Assembly: GCF_004010195.1 (NCBI RefSeq)
Contig: NW_025215314.1
Span: forward strand, 5,873-41,817
Source of the DNA: Chiloscyllium plagiosum
Lineage: Eukaryota
DNA: 35,945 nt
Reading direction: 5' to 3'
In this document: in pieces, positions 23,151-33,214 of the stretch
How positions within the stretch are numbered: the first letter of the stretch is position 1
Layout of the letters: each line of letters begins with the position of its first letter
Notes under the pieces: model-generated
Database searches by the model: none
Told to the model about the DNA's origin: nothing
Seen by the model: only the letters and a program-made list of their open reading frames with translations
Program-made: the position numbers and the translations under genes

Positions 23151-25563
23151 CATCACTCCACACGCCCTGTACAAGACAATTATAGCCAGCCTTCAACTCG
23201 ATGGGAGCGAGGAGCACATCCATTTGGCCTGCCCAATCGAAAGGGAGAGCAGTGGAAGCCGGTGAAGGAAATTACCCCTCCGATGTGTCCTTCCCAAATT
23301 GAGCTGGAGAAAAGAGTACATTGGACCTGCTGTTTGCTTCTCCGTTACTGCCTGTCGTGAGAGACTAAGGGGAGCTTCGAGGAGATTTCACTTCTCACTC
23401 AGAGTCTGGAACTCTCATCCAGAAATGCTGGTTAACTCAGAAACTCTCAGAAGAGTGGAACACTCTTGAGATCAGTCTCTGTCTCGTCACAGCCTCCAGT
23501 GTTTGGGACAAGAGATGAAAGAATATAACCACCTGAACTAGGAACGGAAAACTCCTTTCAGTTCTTAAAGTCTGCTCTGTCATTCAATAGAATGATGACT
23601 GATTCAACATTTGTGTTGAGAGCTGAATTTCTGACAATACAGTGACAGACAGAATCAAATTATTCTGCCATGAGGAATCGTCAGACAAAAGCTGGAACCT
23701 GAGAGACAATATTCGAATCTAGCTGTCTCCTTGACACACAGAAGAACAATTGTTGGGCTCAGGATGTCTCTGGGATTTTTACCATAAGGGGCAAGATCTT
23801 GGCTAAAGGGAGCCAAAGGGGCAAAACGACAGCGACGGTGCTGCTGCATAGTCTAATCCTACAGTTTTCACTGAATCATCTGTCTGTACTTCCATGTTCC
23901 CAGCTGCCTCGCCCACATCTTTCGTTCAATCCCTATCTCTCCCCATCATTGACATCTCTGCCCTCTTCACATTCTCCTGCGAATTCCCTTCCGACATGTC
24001 TCTGCCTCCTTGTTATCTCACCATGTTTTTCAGGAATGCTTCATCGTTCAATCTTTCCAAAACCAACATGTTTGCTCATCACTTTCTGCATTCCCTTAGC
24101 AATGTGGGATCTTGTTGTTCTTGTCTGTAGACCATTTTGTCTGCATTGCAGCGACACACCCACTCTCTCAGCTCTGCTTGTATTTTTGGCAATTTTCTCT
24201 GTGACCCTGTCCTTTGTCTCTTCCTTGGATTTCTCCCTTGCTCTCTGTTTTCCCTACTTCCTTTCTCTTCCTGGATTTTTCTTCCCTCTGTCCCCTCTTT
24301 CTTCCCATACCTTCTGACATTCTATTTCAGCCCTGAGGCTTTTACTTTCTGTCTCCACCTCCCGATCTCTGTCTGCCCATCTGTCATTCTCATTCCCTCT
24401 TTGGAGCCTTCTCTCATTTTCTCCAGACAGTTTAGCTCGGTTTTCTCCCTGACCCCGCTGCTCTTTCCCAGTGACTTGCACGTTGGCATTGGGAAAAGTT
24501 AGATTTAGTGTCACAGCATTGTTTACAGTTATAGACCCGGAGAATCATGTATGGTACAGGACGGAAACAAACCCTTCGGTATAACTCATCCATCCAATAA
24601 GAAATCCCAACCTAACCTTGTCCCATTTATCAGCACTTGGCCCATATCCATCTAAAATATTCCTTTTCATATATGCATCCAGATGTCTTTTAAATGCTGC
24701 ATTTGTACCAATTGCAGCTCATTCCATACATGCACAACCTTATGCATTAATAACTTGCCACTTAGGCCCCTTTTATATCTTCCCCCTCTCACCCGACATC
24801 TCTGCCCTCAAGTTCTGGACTCGCCCATCCCAGGGAAAATATTTCCTGTATTTTTCCTATCCATGCCTATCATAATTTTATAAAACTTTGTATTGTTACC
24901 CCTCAGCCACCAATGCTCCATGGAAAATTCCCCCAGCTTATTTAGCCTCTCCGTAAAGTCCGAACCCTCCCATTCCTGGTAACATCCTTATACATCTTTT
25001 CTGAACCCGTTAAAGTTTCGTAACCTCCTTCCAATAGGAAAGGGACCAGAATTGTACGCAATATTTCAAAAGTGACCCAACCAATGTCCTGTACAGCCGC
25101 AACATGACCTCCCAACTCCAATACTTAATATTCTGACCAAACGCCTTTTTCACGATCCTATCTACCGACAACGCTACTTTCAAGAAAATATAAACCTGCA
25201 CTCCAAGGTCTTTTTATTCAGCAATTGTCCCTCAGACCTTATTATTAAGTGTTAAAGCCCTGCTAGGATTTGCTTTTTCAAAACGCTGCACCTCACATTT
25301 ATCTAAATTAAATTCCATCTGCCAGTTCTCAACGCATTGGCCCATTTGATCAAGATGACATTGTACACTGACGTCACCTTCTTCGCTGTCCACTTACACC
25401 TCCAATTTTGGTTTTTAAACTTCTTATATTCACATCTAAATCACTTATACGAATGAGCAAAAGTAGTGGACCCATCCTTATGGCACTCCATTGGCCACAG
25501 GTCTCCAGTCTGAAAAGCAACCCTCCACCACCTTCGAGCCAGTTCTCGGCACCTTCGAGCCAT

Positions 25564-25906
25564 GGGTGGCATATTAGCTCAGTGGTTAGCACTGCTGCCT
25601 CACAGCGCCATGCACCCGGGTTCAATTTCAGCCTCAGGCGATTGTCTGTGTGGAGTTTGGACATTCTCCCCGTGTCTGCGTGGGTTCCCTCCGGGTGCTC
25701 CGGTTTCCTCCCACAATCCAAAGATGTGCAGACGAGATTAATTGACCATGCTAAATTGCCCATCGTGTTCAAAGGTGTGCAGGTGAAGTGATTTCGTGAG
25801 GAGTAATTGCACAGGAGGGGAATGGGTGTGGGTGGGTTACTCTTCTGTGGGACTGTGTGTTCTTGTTAGGCTGAAGGGCCTGTTTCCAGACTGTATAGAT
25901 TCTATA
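25564..25906 (+). mobile_element. HE1/V-SINE (tRNA-derived), near full length
   Basis: tRNA-like head (tagctcagtggttagc; gggttcaatt), V-SINE core (gtggagtttggacattctccccgtgtctgcgtggg...tccggtttcctcccac) and CR1-like tail (gggcctgtttcc...tagattcta). Confidence 0.9.
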
Positions 25907-25970
25907 TTCTGCATCCGAATGGCTAGTTCTCACTATTCTATATTCTGCATCCGAATGGCTAGTTCTCACT
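25899..25970. repeat. Perfect 36-bp tandem duplication
   Basis: attctatattctgcatccgaatggctagttctcact at 25899 and 25935. Confidence 0.97.
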
Positions 25971-26295
25971 GCATTTCATGAGAGCTAACCTTGATTACCA
26001 GTCTCCCATGAGACACGTTCTCAAACGCCTTAAATAAGTCCATATCGATCACGTCCACCGCTCTGTCCTCATCAATCCTCTTTTTTACTTCACAAAGGAC
26101 TATCAAGTTCGTGAAACATGATTTCCCATGCACAAAGCCAGACTGAATATCCCGAATAAGTCCTTGCTTTTCAAAATACACCTAAGTCCTGTCCCTCAGG
26201 ATTCCCTCCAAAAACCTGCCCACCACTGATTTAAGACTCGCTGGTCTATAGTTCCCTGGCCTTTCCTTACCACGCCGAGAATAGTACTTCAAACC

Positions 26296-26813
26296 TGTGA
26301 ACCTGTACTACTGATTTGCAGAATTAAGCTTAAATTCAAAGGTAAGAGGATAATAGAGTTTTCATCAAAATGAATACTGACACATTAATTGACCATTCGA
26401 ACTAAACTTGAACTGATAATGGCATGACAATGTACGGAAATAAGATATCTTTTCCAAGGAATACCATTGGATTAGCCTGTTGCCAATTATGTCACTATAT
26501 TACAGTTGATTGGACTTTTCTTGTCATTAAGAACCATTTCCCAGAAAATAACGTTGGATTAACTTGTTGTAAATCATGTAACCTTATTATATGTGATTGG
26601 CCTACTTGTAACTAAGGCTGTACTATCTCTTTTAAAAGTATAAATAATGCGTAATTTTCAAATGTGATTGCACTTTATCACGGATCACGGAAGGTTTAAC
26701 CTGTGTGTGGCTGGATAGAATTGCGTCTAGGTACCTTAATTCAATAAATTGTCGATTCTTTTCAATGATCTCGAAAAAAAGAGGCCTCTCTTTAGGGGTC
26801 ATAGTTCTTCAAC
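26296..26813 (+). mobile_element. Candidate solo LTR
   Basis: Ordered U3-R-U5-like signals: two 87-bp repeats with inverted CCAAT (attgg), TATAAATA at 26639-26646 and AATAAA at 26743-26748. Approximate termini tgtgaa...ttcaac; no clear TSD. Confidence 0.55.
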
Positions 26814-27331
26814 TTGTGCGTGTTTAAGGAGGCAGCAACCGATGGTGACTCCATCTGCTTCGAGGAGTACATGGCATCAGTGATTTGCTACATTCGCAAG
26901 TGCATTGAAGACGTCACTGTGTTTAAAACTGTCACCTCTCTTCTCAACCTGAAGCCGTGAGTGACCTCAAAGATGCGTGCACTGTCGAGGACCCGTCATT
27001 CCACCTTCAGAGCACATGACAAGACGGTACTAACAATAGCGATGACCAATCGGTACCGGGCCATCAAAGTGGCAAAGCGTGCACACGTGCAGAAAATATG
27101 CAGCCTTTTTGAGGACAGTGGTGAGATGCTTAGCATGTGGAATAGTATTAATGCTACCACCAAACACATTGTCTCCTGGTGTTGATGATGCTGCCGTCCC
27201 GGATGAGTTGAACACATTTATGCATATTTTGGAGCATGAAAAGATGTTGCAGCGAGGAAGACCATTCCACCGCCCAATGACCAGGTGCTGTGTCTTACCA
27301 TGACTGACATGACGATAACTCAATGCAGAGG

Positions 27332-27762
27332 TAACCCACGGAAGGTTGCTGGACCACATTACGTCCCTGGCAGAAAACGCAGAGGATTCTCTGACGTGCA
27401 GGCGGATGTTCTCATGGACATCTTTAACATCTCCCTGAGTTGTATCAGAGTTCCAACGTGCTTCAAGCTCACTACCACCGTCCTTGTTGTGAAGACGTCT
27501 TCAGTGTCTTGCCTCAATGGCGACTGCCCCTGTTGCGTAAAACTTATAACCCACGGAAGGTTGCTGGACCACATTACGTCCCTGGCAGAAAACGCAGAGG
27601 ATTCTCTGACGTGCAGGCGGATGTTCTCATCATGGACATCTTTAACATCTCCCGTTGTATCAGAGTTCCAACGTGCTTCAAGGTCACGACCACCGTCCTT
27701 GTTGTGAAGACGTCTTCAGTGTCTTGCCTCAATGGCTACTGCCCCTGTTGCGTAAAACCTAT
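27332..27762. repeat. 215-bp tandem duplication inside Rex1 copy 1
   Basis: taacccacggaaggttgctgg... at 27332 and 27547, near-identical with small indels. Confidence 0.95.
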
Positions 27763-28504
27763 CATCATGAATTGTTTCGAGATGCTCGTGATGAGGCATA
27801 TTAAGTCCCAGCTGCACTCCCCCTCCCTCTATATTGGAAATTCTGCAGTTTGTGTATTTTCACAATCGCTGAACAGATGATGCCATTTCTCCAACAATCA
27901 CCCACGTGGACGAGAAGGACACCTATGTCAGATTACTATTCTTTGACTTTACTTCTACATTTAACACTCATTCCTCGGGATCTGATTGGAAGACCGGGTC
28001 TGATTGGCTTTAATACCACCTTCTTTCACTGGATCCTGAATTACTGACTGGGAGCCCACGGTCAGTCTGGATTGGGAACTGCTCAGCATCACACTGAGCA
28101 CGTCGTCCCCTCCCCTCCCCCCGCCCCCGGGCTGTGTGCTCGGTCCACTGCTGTTCACCCTGCTTTCGCGCGACTGTGCAACGATGTTCAGCTCATATTA
28201 TGTAATTAAGATCACTGTTAACATGACGGTTGTGGATCACATCGGCAGGACCGATGAGTCAGCATACAGAGATGAAGTGCAGCAGCTAAAAGCCTACTGC
28301 TGAGCCAACAAACTGAATCTGAACGTGGATAAAACAAAAGAGTTGTTTACTTACTTAGGGAGGATACAGAGCCATCACTCTCCGCTGGACACGGATGGCT
28401 CCCCCATGGAGATCGTGAAGAGCAACACATTTCTTTACGTCCATCTGATGGATAGTCTCACCTGGTCCCACAACACAAGCTACAAAGCCAAGAAAGCAAA
28501 GCAC

Positions 28505-28660
28505 ATGATGGTAGTGGCCTTGAAGTATGTTGGAACTATGGTACAATTCAGGGAGATGTTGAAGATGTCCGTGAGAACATCGCTTGCACGTCAGATCATC
28601 CTCTATGCAGGCTGCAAAGGATCTTATGTGGTGCAGCTGTCTTCCTTGGGTTAGCTCTGA
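28505..28660 (-). mobile_element. Inverted Rex1 fragment nested in Rex1 copy 1
   Basis: Reverse complement (gatgttctcacggacatcttcaacatctccctgaattgt...ttcaaggccactacc) is homologous to, but diverged from, 27330-27480. Confidence 0.85.
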
Positions 28661-29384
28661 ATAGGTTGTGGAAATCCCATCTCCCACATGCTGACCTCAC
28701 CATATTCTACAGAGAGTTCATTGAGAATATCCTGAGCAGCTACATCACTGCCTTGGGAATTGCACTAGCTCGGAATGTAATAACCTACAACGGATAATGA
28801 GAATAGCTGAGATGGTCACTGGGGACTTCTTCCCTCCATCAAAGACATTTACAACCCACACTACATCCAGAAGGCTAACAGCAATTTGGACGACCACATA
28901 CATCTTTGATTCAGATTTTTGCACTCTTGCCATCTGGCAGAAAATACAAGAAAACTCAATCTCTCTCTGCAATTGTTTCTTCCCCCAAGCGATCAAGCTT
29001 CTCAACACTATATGATCACACACTCTTCCATTTGAAATGTTTGATAACTTTTTTGAATGGCTGCGAAAGCGATATTTTCTTAATGATCATTCATTTATAC
29101 ATTGTAATTTATCCACCATTGTGTCTACTGTCTTCTCTTGTCAGGAATTAAAGCTCAATCCTTATTGTTTTGCACTTTTTATGCACTTTCTGCTGCCCTG
29201 TGTATGACTGCGGGTTGGTTTGTCTTTAAATAGCACATTGGTTCTGGAGCAACGCTGTCTCGTTTTTTATTGTACCAGTAGTATAAGCTCGAAATGACAA
29301 ATCAATCTCCTATTCTTTCTCTCGACCCTGCTCTACTCTCTAATATCTACATCAAAGGCCTCAAAGAATTATTGTAATCCAATA

Positions 29385-29510
29385 GAGGTTTACCAGGATT
29401 TCCTCGAATCGGATTTACTGCATCCGTTGCTCCTGATGTGGTCTCCTCTACACCAGAGCCATCCAGTCCAAAAATTCGGATCGGTTCAGGAAAGACCTGT
29501 GGACCGCTGT
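29385..29510 (+). mobile_element. Penelope-like GIY-YIG endonuclease fragment
   Basis: RFTRISSNRIYCIRCS*CGLLYT, a decayed IYCIRCSRCGLLYIGET motif. Confidence 0.7.
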
Positions 29511-29529
29511 GCTTTTATTCAGATCTACC

Positions 29530-30270
29530 CTGGTAAGGTTCTGGGAAGTGTTGCTGAAAAAAGAGACCATGGAGTGCAGGTGCATAATTACATGAAAGTA
29601 GAGTTGCATAAGATAGGATAGCGAAGAAGCTCCTTGGTATTCTTTCCTTTATTGGTCAGAGCATAGAGTATAGGAGTGGGGAGATCGTGTTGCGATGATA
29701 CAGGACACTGGTTAGGCCACTTTTCAATTTTGCGTGCAATTCTGGTCCCCTTCCTATCAGAGAAATGTTTTGTAAATTGGACAGATTCACAGAAGATTGA
29801 CAGGAATATTCCCAGGATTGGAGGATTTGAGCTATAGGGAGAGACTGAATAAGCTGCGTGTTTTTTCATGGATCATCGAAAGCTGAGAGGTTGATTTAGA
29901 AAGGTTTATGAAATCATGACGGATATGAATAGGATAAATAGAACAGGTCTTTTCCCTCGGGTGGAGAAGTCTAGAACTAGAGGGTATATGTTTACGGTAA
30001 GAATTGAAAGCTGTACAAGGAACCTAAGGGACAACTTTTTCCATTTTCGGTGGTATGTGCATGGAATGAGCTGCCAGAGGAAGTAGTGGAGATTGGTACA
30101 ATTGAAGTATTTATAAGAAACCTGGACGATTCTCTGGATAGGAAGGGTCTAGCGGGATATAGGCTGAGTGCTGGCAAATGAGAATAGATTAGCTCAGGAT
30201 ATCTGTCTGTGTGGACAAGTTTGATTAAGGCGCCTGTTTCGTTGCTCTACACCTGCATAAATCTGTGACT
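29530..30270 (+). mobile_element. CR1 3' portion
   Basis: RT C-terminal remnants (YRTLVRPL, CVQFWSP, WNELPEEVVE) and 3'UTR. Confidence 0.85.
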
Positions 30271-30618
30271 TTATTAATCTAGATTTGTCACAAATTGTGG
30301 GTCTGAAATATTATCACAGAGTGTCTTTCAACAGATCCTAGACAATGAAACATTCGCCGTCTGCAGTGACATGTTTTGCATTGCTTCATTCCCGACCGAA
30401 CATAAAAACTTCACGATGGTTCTTCAGTTCTGATGAAACTTATTCATGTTGGAAGTGGGTGATTTCTTTCTGCCTCGACATATAATTTATTCTTTTAAAT
30501 GACTTGGTCAGTCTCGAAAGTATTTCGGATTCTTACAGTTGAAAATTGACTTGAATTGAACGTAAAGTTCAGGCTCCACGATATTCAAAACCCTCGAAAG
30601 GAATTACAGATGTTTAAA

Positions 30619-30700
30619 CGCTTCACGCAGGACTCAAAACTATACAGGGAGCCCTTACTAGATTACAAATCCAACACCTTCACCGTTCGGCCATCACAGC
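30619..30700 (-). pseudogene. tRNA-Ser pseudogene (CGA/TGA-type body)
   Basis: Reverse complement GCTGTGATGGCCGAACGGTGAAGGTGTTGGATTTGTAATCTAGTAAGGGCTCCCTGTATAGTTTTGAGTCCTGCGTGAAGCG is 82 nt and colinear with vertebrate tRNA-Ser(CGA), including the long variable arm. Anticodon, T arm and acceptor stem are damaged. Confidence 0.8.
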
Positions 30701-31019
30701 GACAGCAACGATGGAGATTTTCATCATAAGACATCTGAAATCCATGAAATATATCAGTTGATGAAAGAACAAATTGTCTGGACGCAACGATTTCGCCAGA
30801 TGCTTTGCAGAGACCGAGACGAACGTTACCTTTTCAGGTTGACAAGCTTTCATCTCAACCTGGATTCTGAGACGGCTGAACTTGTGGGAATGATTCTTCG
30901 TAGAGTTGTAGAATTACGGAGATTACACCACATGAAAAGAAGTCCTTTGCTTCATTGCATCCTCACTTCCGATCGATTTTGACTCAATTGTAGGACACGA
31001 GAAAGAAGTCTTATTTCCA

Positions 31020-31580
31020 ATGTATGGTAGCTCGGTTAGACTGCACTTAGAGAACAGTACGGGATTCATAAACCTCAATTTAACACAGATACTATTGCCT
31101 TATAAGGAATACCACAATACTCATTAGCTTTGACACCATATATGGGCGTTTGTCCTCTGAATTGAAAGTGAGCAAATCCGGCCTTAATTTTTTTCCCAGT
31201 TTCAAACATGAGAGGTAATCTCATCGATAGTTGCAAAATATTTGAAGACATAAACAGGATGGTGCAGTTAAATTGTGTTCACTCATTGATGAATCTGGAA
31301 GCAGGCGGGCACAATTTTAAAATAATGCATCTGATTTATGACCACGATGAGGACTATTTGATTTTAGTCTATGCCTTGAGAACTTTTGCAATTCTCCACT
31401 ACAATGAGCCGTGGATATTCAATCTTTGAGTGCCTTTAAGTTGTGTTCGTTCGTTTTCGAATTAACAACGGTCAGAAGCTTTATGTGGTTCTGCCTGAAC
31501 AAGGCTTAGATGTGTTCGAGCGCGCGTGATCAACTTAAATACTGGAGCAGGCATTCCAGAATAAATCGCCTACTCGTTCT
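31020..31580 (+). mobile_element. Very old CR1 3' fragment
   Basis: gttagactgcacttagag (VRxHLE) and MRGNLIDSCKIF remnants. Confidence 0.5.
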
Positions 31581-31637
31581 CTTCTGCCCTTTCACAATTA
31601 CCCTGTGTACACTCCAAAGATACTTCATTCAGAGTGA

Positions 31638-32287
31638 ATGGGATTTTGTACACTACGTTGTTCTTGCTCATGCTGGGTATCGAATCCTTTGTCCTGGTGA
31701 GTTGTCTGAGAGTGGCTGTTGGTTTGTGTGCTGTTATGAGTCCTAGTGATCGTAGTAATCTGGCTCAGTTCAGAAATGTTCTTGATGTATGGCAACGTGG
31801 CTAGTCCTTTGGGTTGTGGCATGTCCTCATTTCGTTGTCTTTCCCTAAGGCATTTGTTGAAGAAATTGCAGTGGTATCCGTTTTCGGCGAATATATTGCA
31901 GAGGTGTTCTTCTTCCTCGTTTTGCAGTTCTGATGTGCTGCAGTGTGTTGTGGCCCTTCTGAACAGTGTCTTGATACGACTTCTTTTGTGTGTTTTGGGG
32001 TGGTTGCTTTCGTAGTTGAGGACTTGGTCTGTGTGTGTGGCTTTCCTGTATACTTTTGTGGTGAATTCTCTGTTCGATGTTCTCTGAACCATCACGTTTA
32101 GGTATGGGAGTTAGTTGTCCTTTTCATCCTCTCTAGTGAATCGGATTCCTGTGAGTGTGGCGTTAATGATCCGGTGTGTGTTTTCTCTTTCTGTGTTTTT
32201 AATTGTTACAAAGGTGTCATTCTCATATCTGACCCAGAGTTTGCGTTGAATTTGCAGTAAGACTGTTTTTTCTAATCTTTGCATTGC
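31638..32287 (-). mobile_element. Penelope-like element, RT C-terminal region (inverted segment)
   Basis: WVRYENDTFV (decayed YVDD), FTREDEKDN, TKVYRKATHTDQVLNYESNHPKTHKRSRIKTLFRRA, LPYIKNISE. Confidence 0.9.
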
Positions 32288-32575
32288 CAACGTAGTGTAC
32301 AAAATCCCATGCAAGGACTGCACAATACACGACATAGGACAAACAGGAAGACAGCTAATGATCGGTATCCATGAACACCAAATAACCACGAAACGACACG
32401 ACCAGCTATCCTTAGTAGCCACACACGCAGATNNNNNNNNNNNNNNNNNNNNNNNNNNNNNNNNNNNNNNNNNNNNNNNNNNNNNNNNNNNNNNNNNNNN
32501 NNNNNNNNNNNNNNNNNNNNNNNAGACGAAACGTCTGCAACACAAATTCCCAGCTCCGCAAACAGAACCAGAACA
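32288..32575 (+). mobile_element. Penelope-like element, GIY-YIG and 3' terminal region
   Basis: NVVYKIPCKDCTIHDIGQTGRQL..IHEH; after the gap, gacGAAACGTCtgcaa (3' half of a hammerhead-like motif). Confidence 0.85.
32433..32523. other. Assembly gap
   Basis: Run of N. Confidence 1.
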
Positions 32576-33214
32576 GTTTGCCTAATTTTCATATCAAATA
32601 CCTTTGCAGCGCATAAAGAATGGCATATGTATTAAAACTTGAAAAAAAACTCCATAATGATATATTGTTCCTAAGATTCTTCTTTGATATCTGCAAAATC
32701 GGCATATTACCCCGTAAGTATTGACCACATGCATTAAGGCACTCTGGGGCATCGCAAATTCGAGACAATGGAAGCAATTCCTCACATGCTGAACTGTCAA
32801 ATCGTGAAACGTGTCGATACATTTCAGGGTCTACATGTCATATTGTTTAAACTGAGCTCGTTTATCTAATTATCTTTCTTTGCCTCTGTCTCTTTGTCCA
32901 CCCTGAGTCGCTGTCTGGAACTTAAAAGAAAGTCCCTCTCGAGTAGATCATTGTAATCACAGTTTTTCCACGATTTTCTTGCTTCACAGTGTGAAAAGTG
33001 GAGCAGCAAATACTGTTCGAAATTTCCTGTTATTGCATTAAATATCCCTGACGGATATTGCAAGACCGGGATAATGCGAGGGCAGTTATTTTAAGATCAA
33101 AATTTGTTTTCAAATATCTTATGTTTTTTTTTTAAAACAGCTACCATGAAAAATGAACAAAACGTAAATGCGATCGATCTGACTTTAATTCATTAATATC
33201 TCAGGCAGATATGA

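Larger units (their letters stand above)
24540..26275 (-). mobile_element. CR1 RT to 3' end, interrupted by a SINE
   Basis: QSGFVHGKSCFTNL, DVIDMDLFKAFENVSH, VMLRLYRTLVGSLLKYCVQFWS; 3' tail near 24540-24580. Confidence 0.88.
26815..29340 (+). mobile_element. Rex1/Babar-like LINE, 5'-truncated, degenerate (copy 1)
   Basis: Remnants NPRKVAGP, DVLMDIFNISL..VPTCFK, GCVLGPLLFTL, LNLNVDKTKEL and C-terminal FYR..IENILSSYITA; 3' end aaatgacaaatcaa plus a ctct-rich tail. Confidence 0.85.

Noticed and set aside
23799..24317. 172-aa hydrophobic ORF resembling a membrane protein
   Set aside because: Leu/Ser/Phe/Pro richness follows directly from the pyrimidine skew; no family motif.
25564..25640. tRNA-like sequence with A and B boxes
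   Set aside because: It is the head of the HE1/V-SINE, not a tRNA gene.
25899..25970. 36-bp direct repeats as a CRISPR-like array
   Set aside because: Two adjacent copies, no spacer, no cas genes, vertebrate context.
29412..29445. 34-bp perfectly conserved block as a candidate regulatory element or small RNA
   Set aside because: It translates as a Penelope GIY-YIG fragment inside a segmental duplication; no extra function is needed to explain it.
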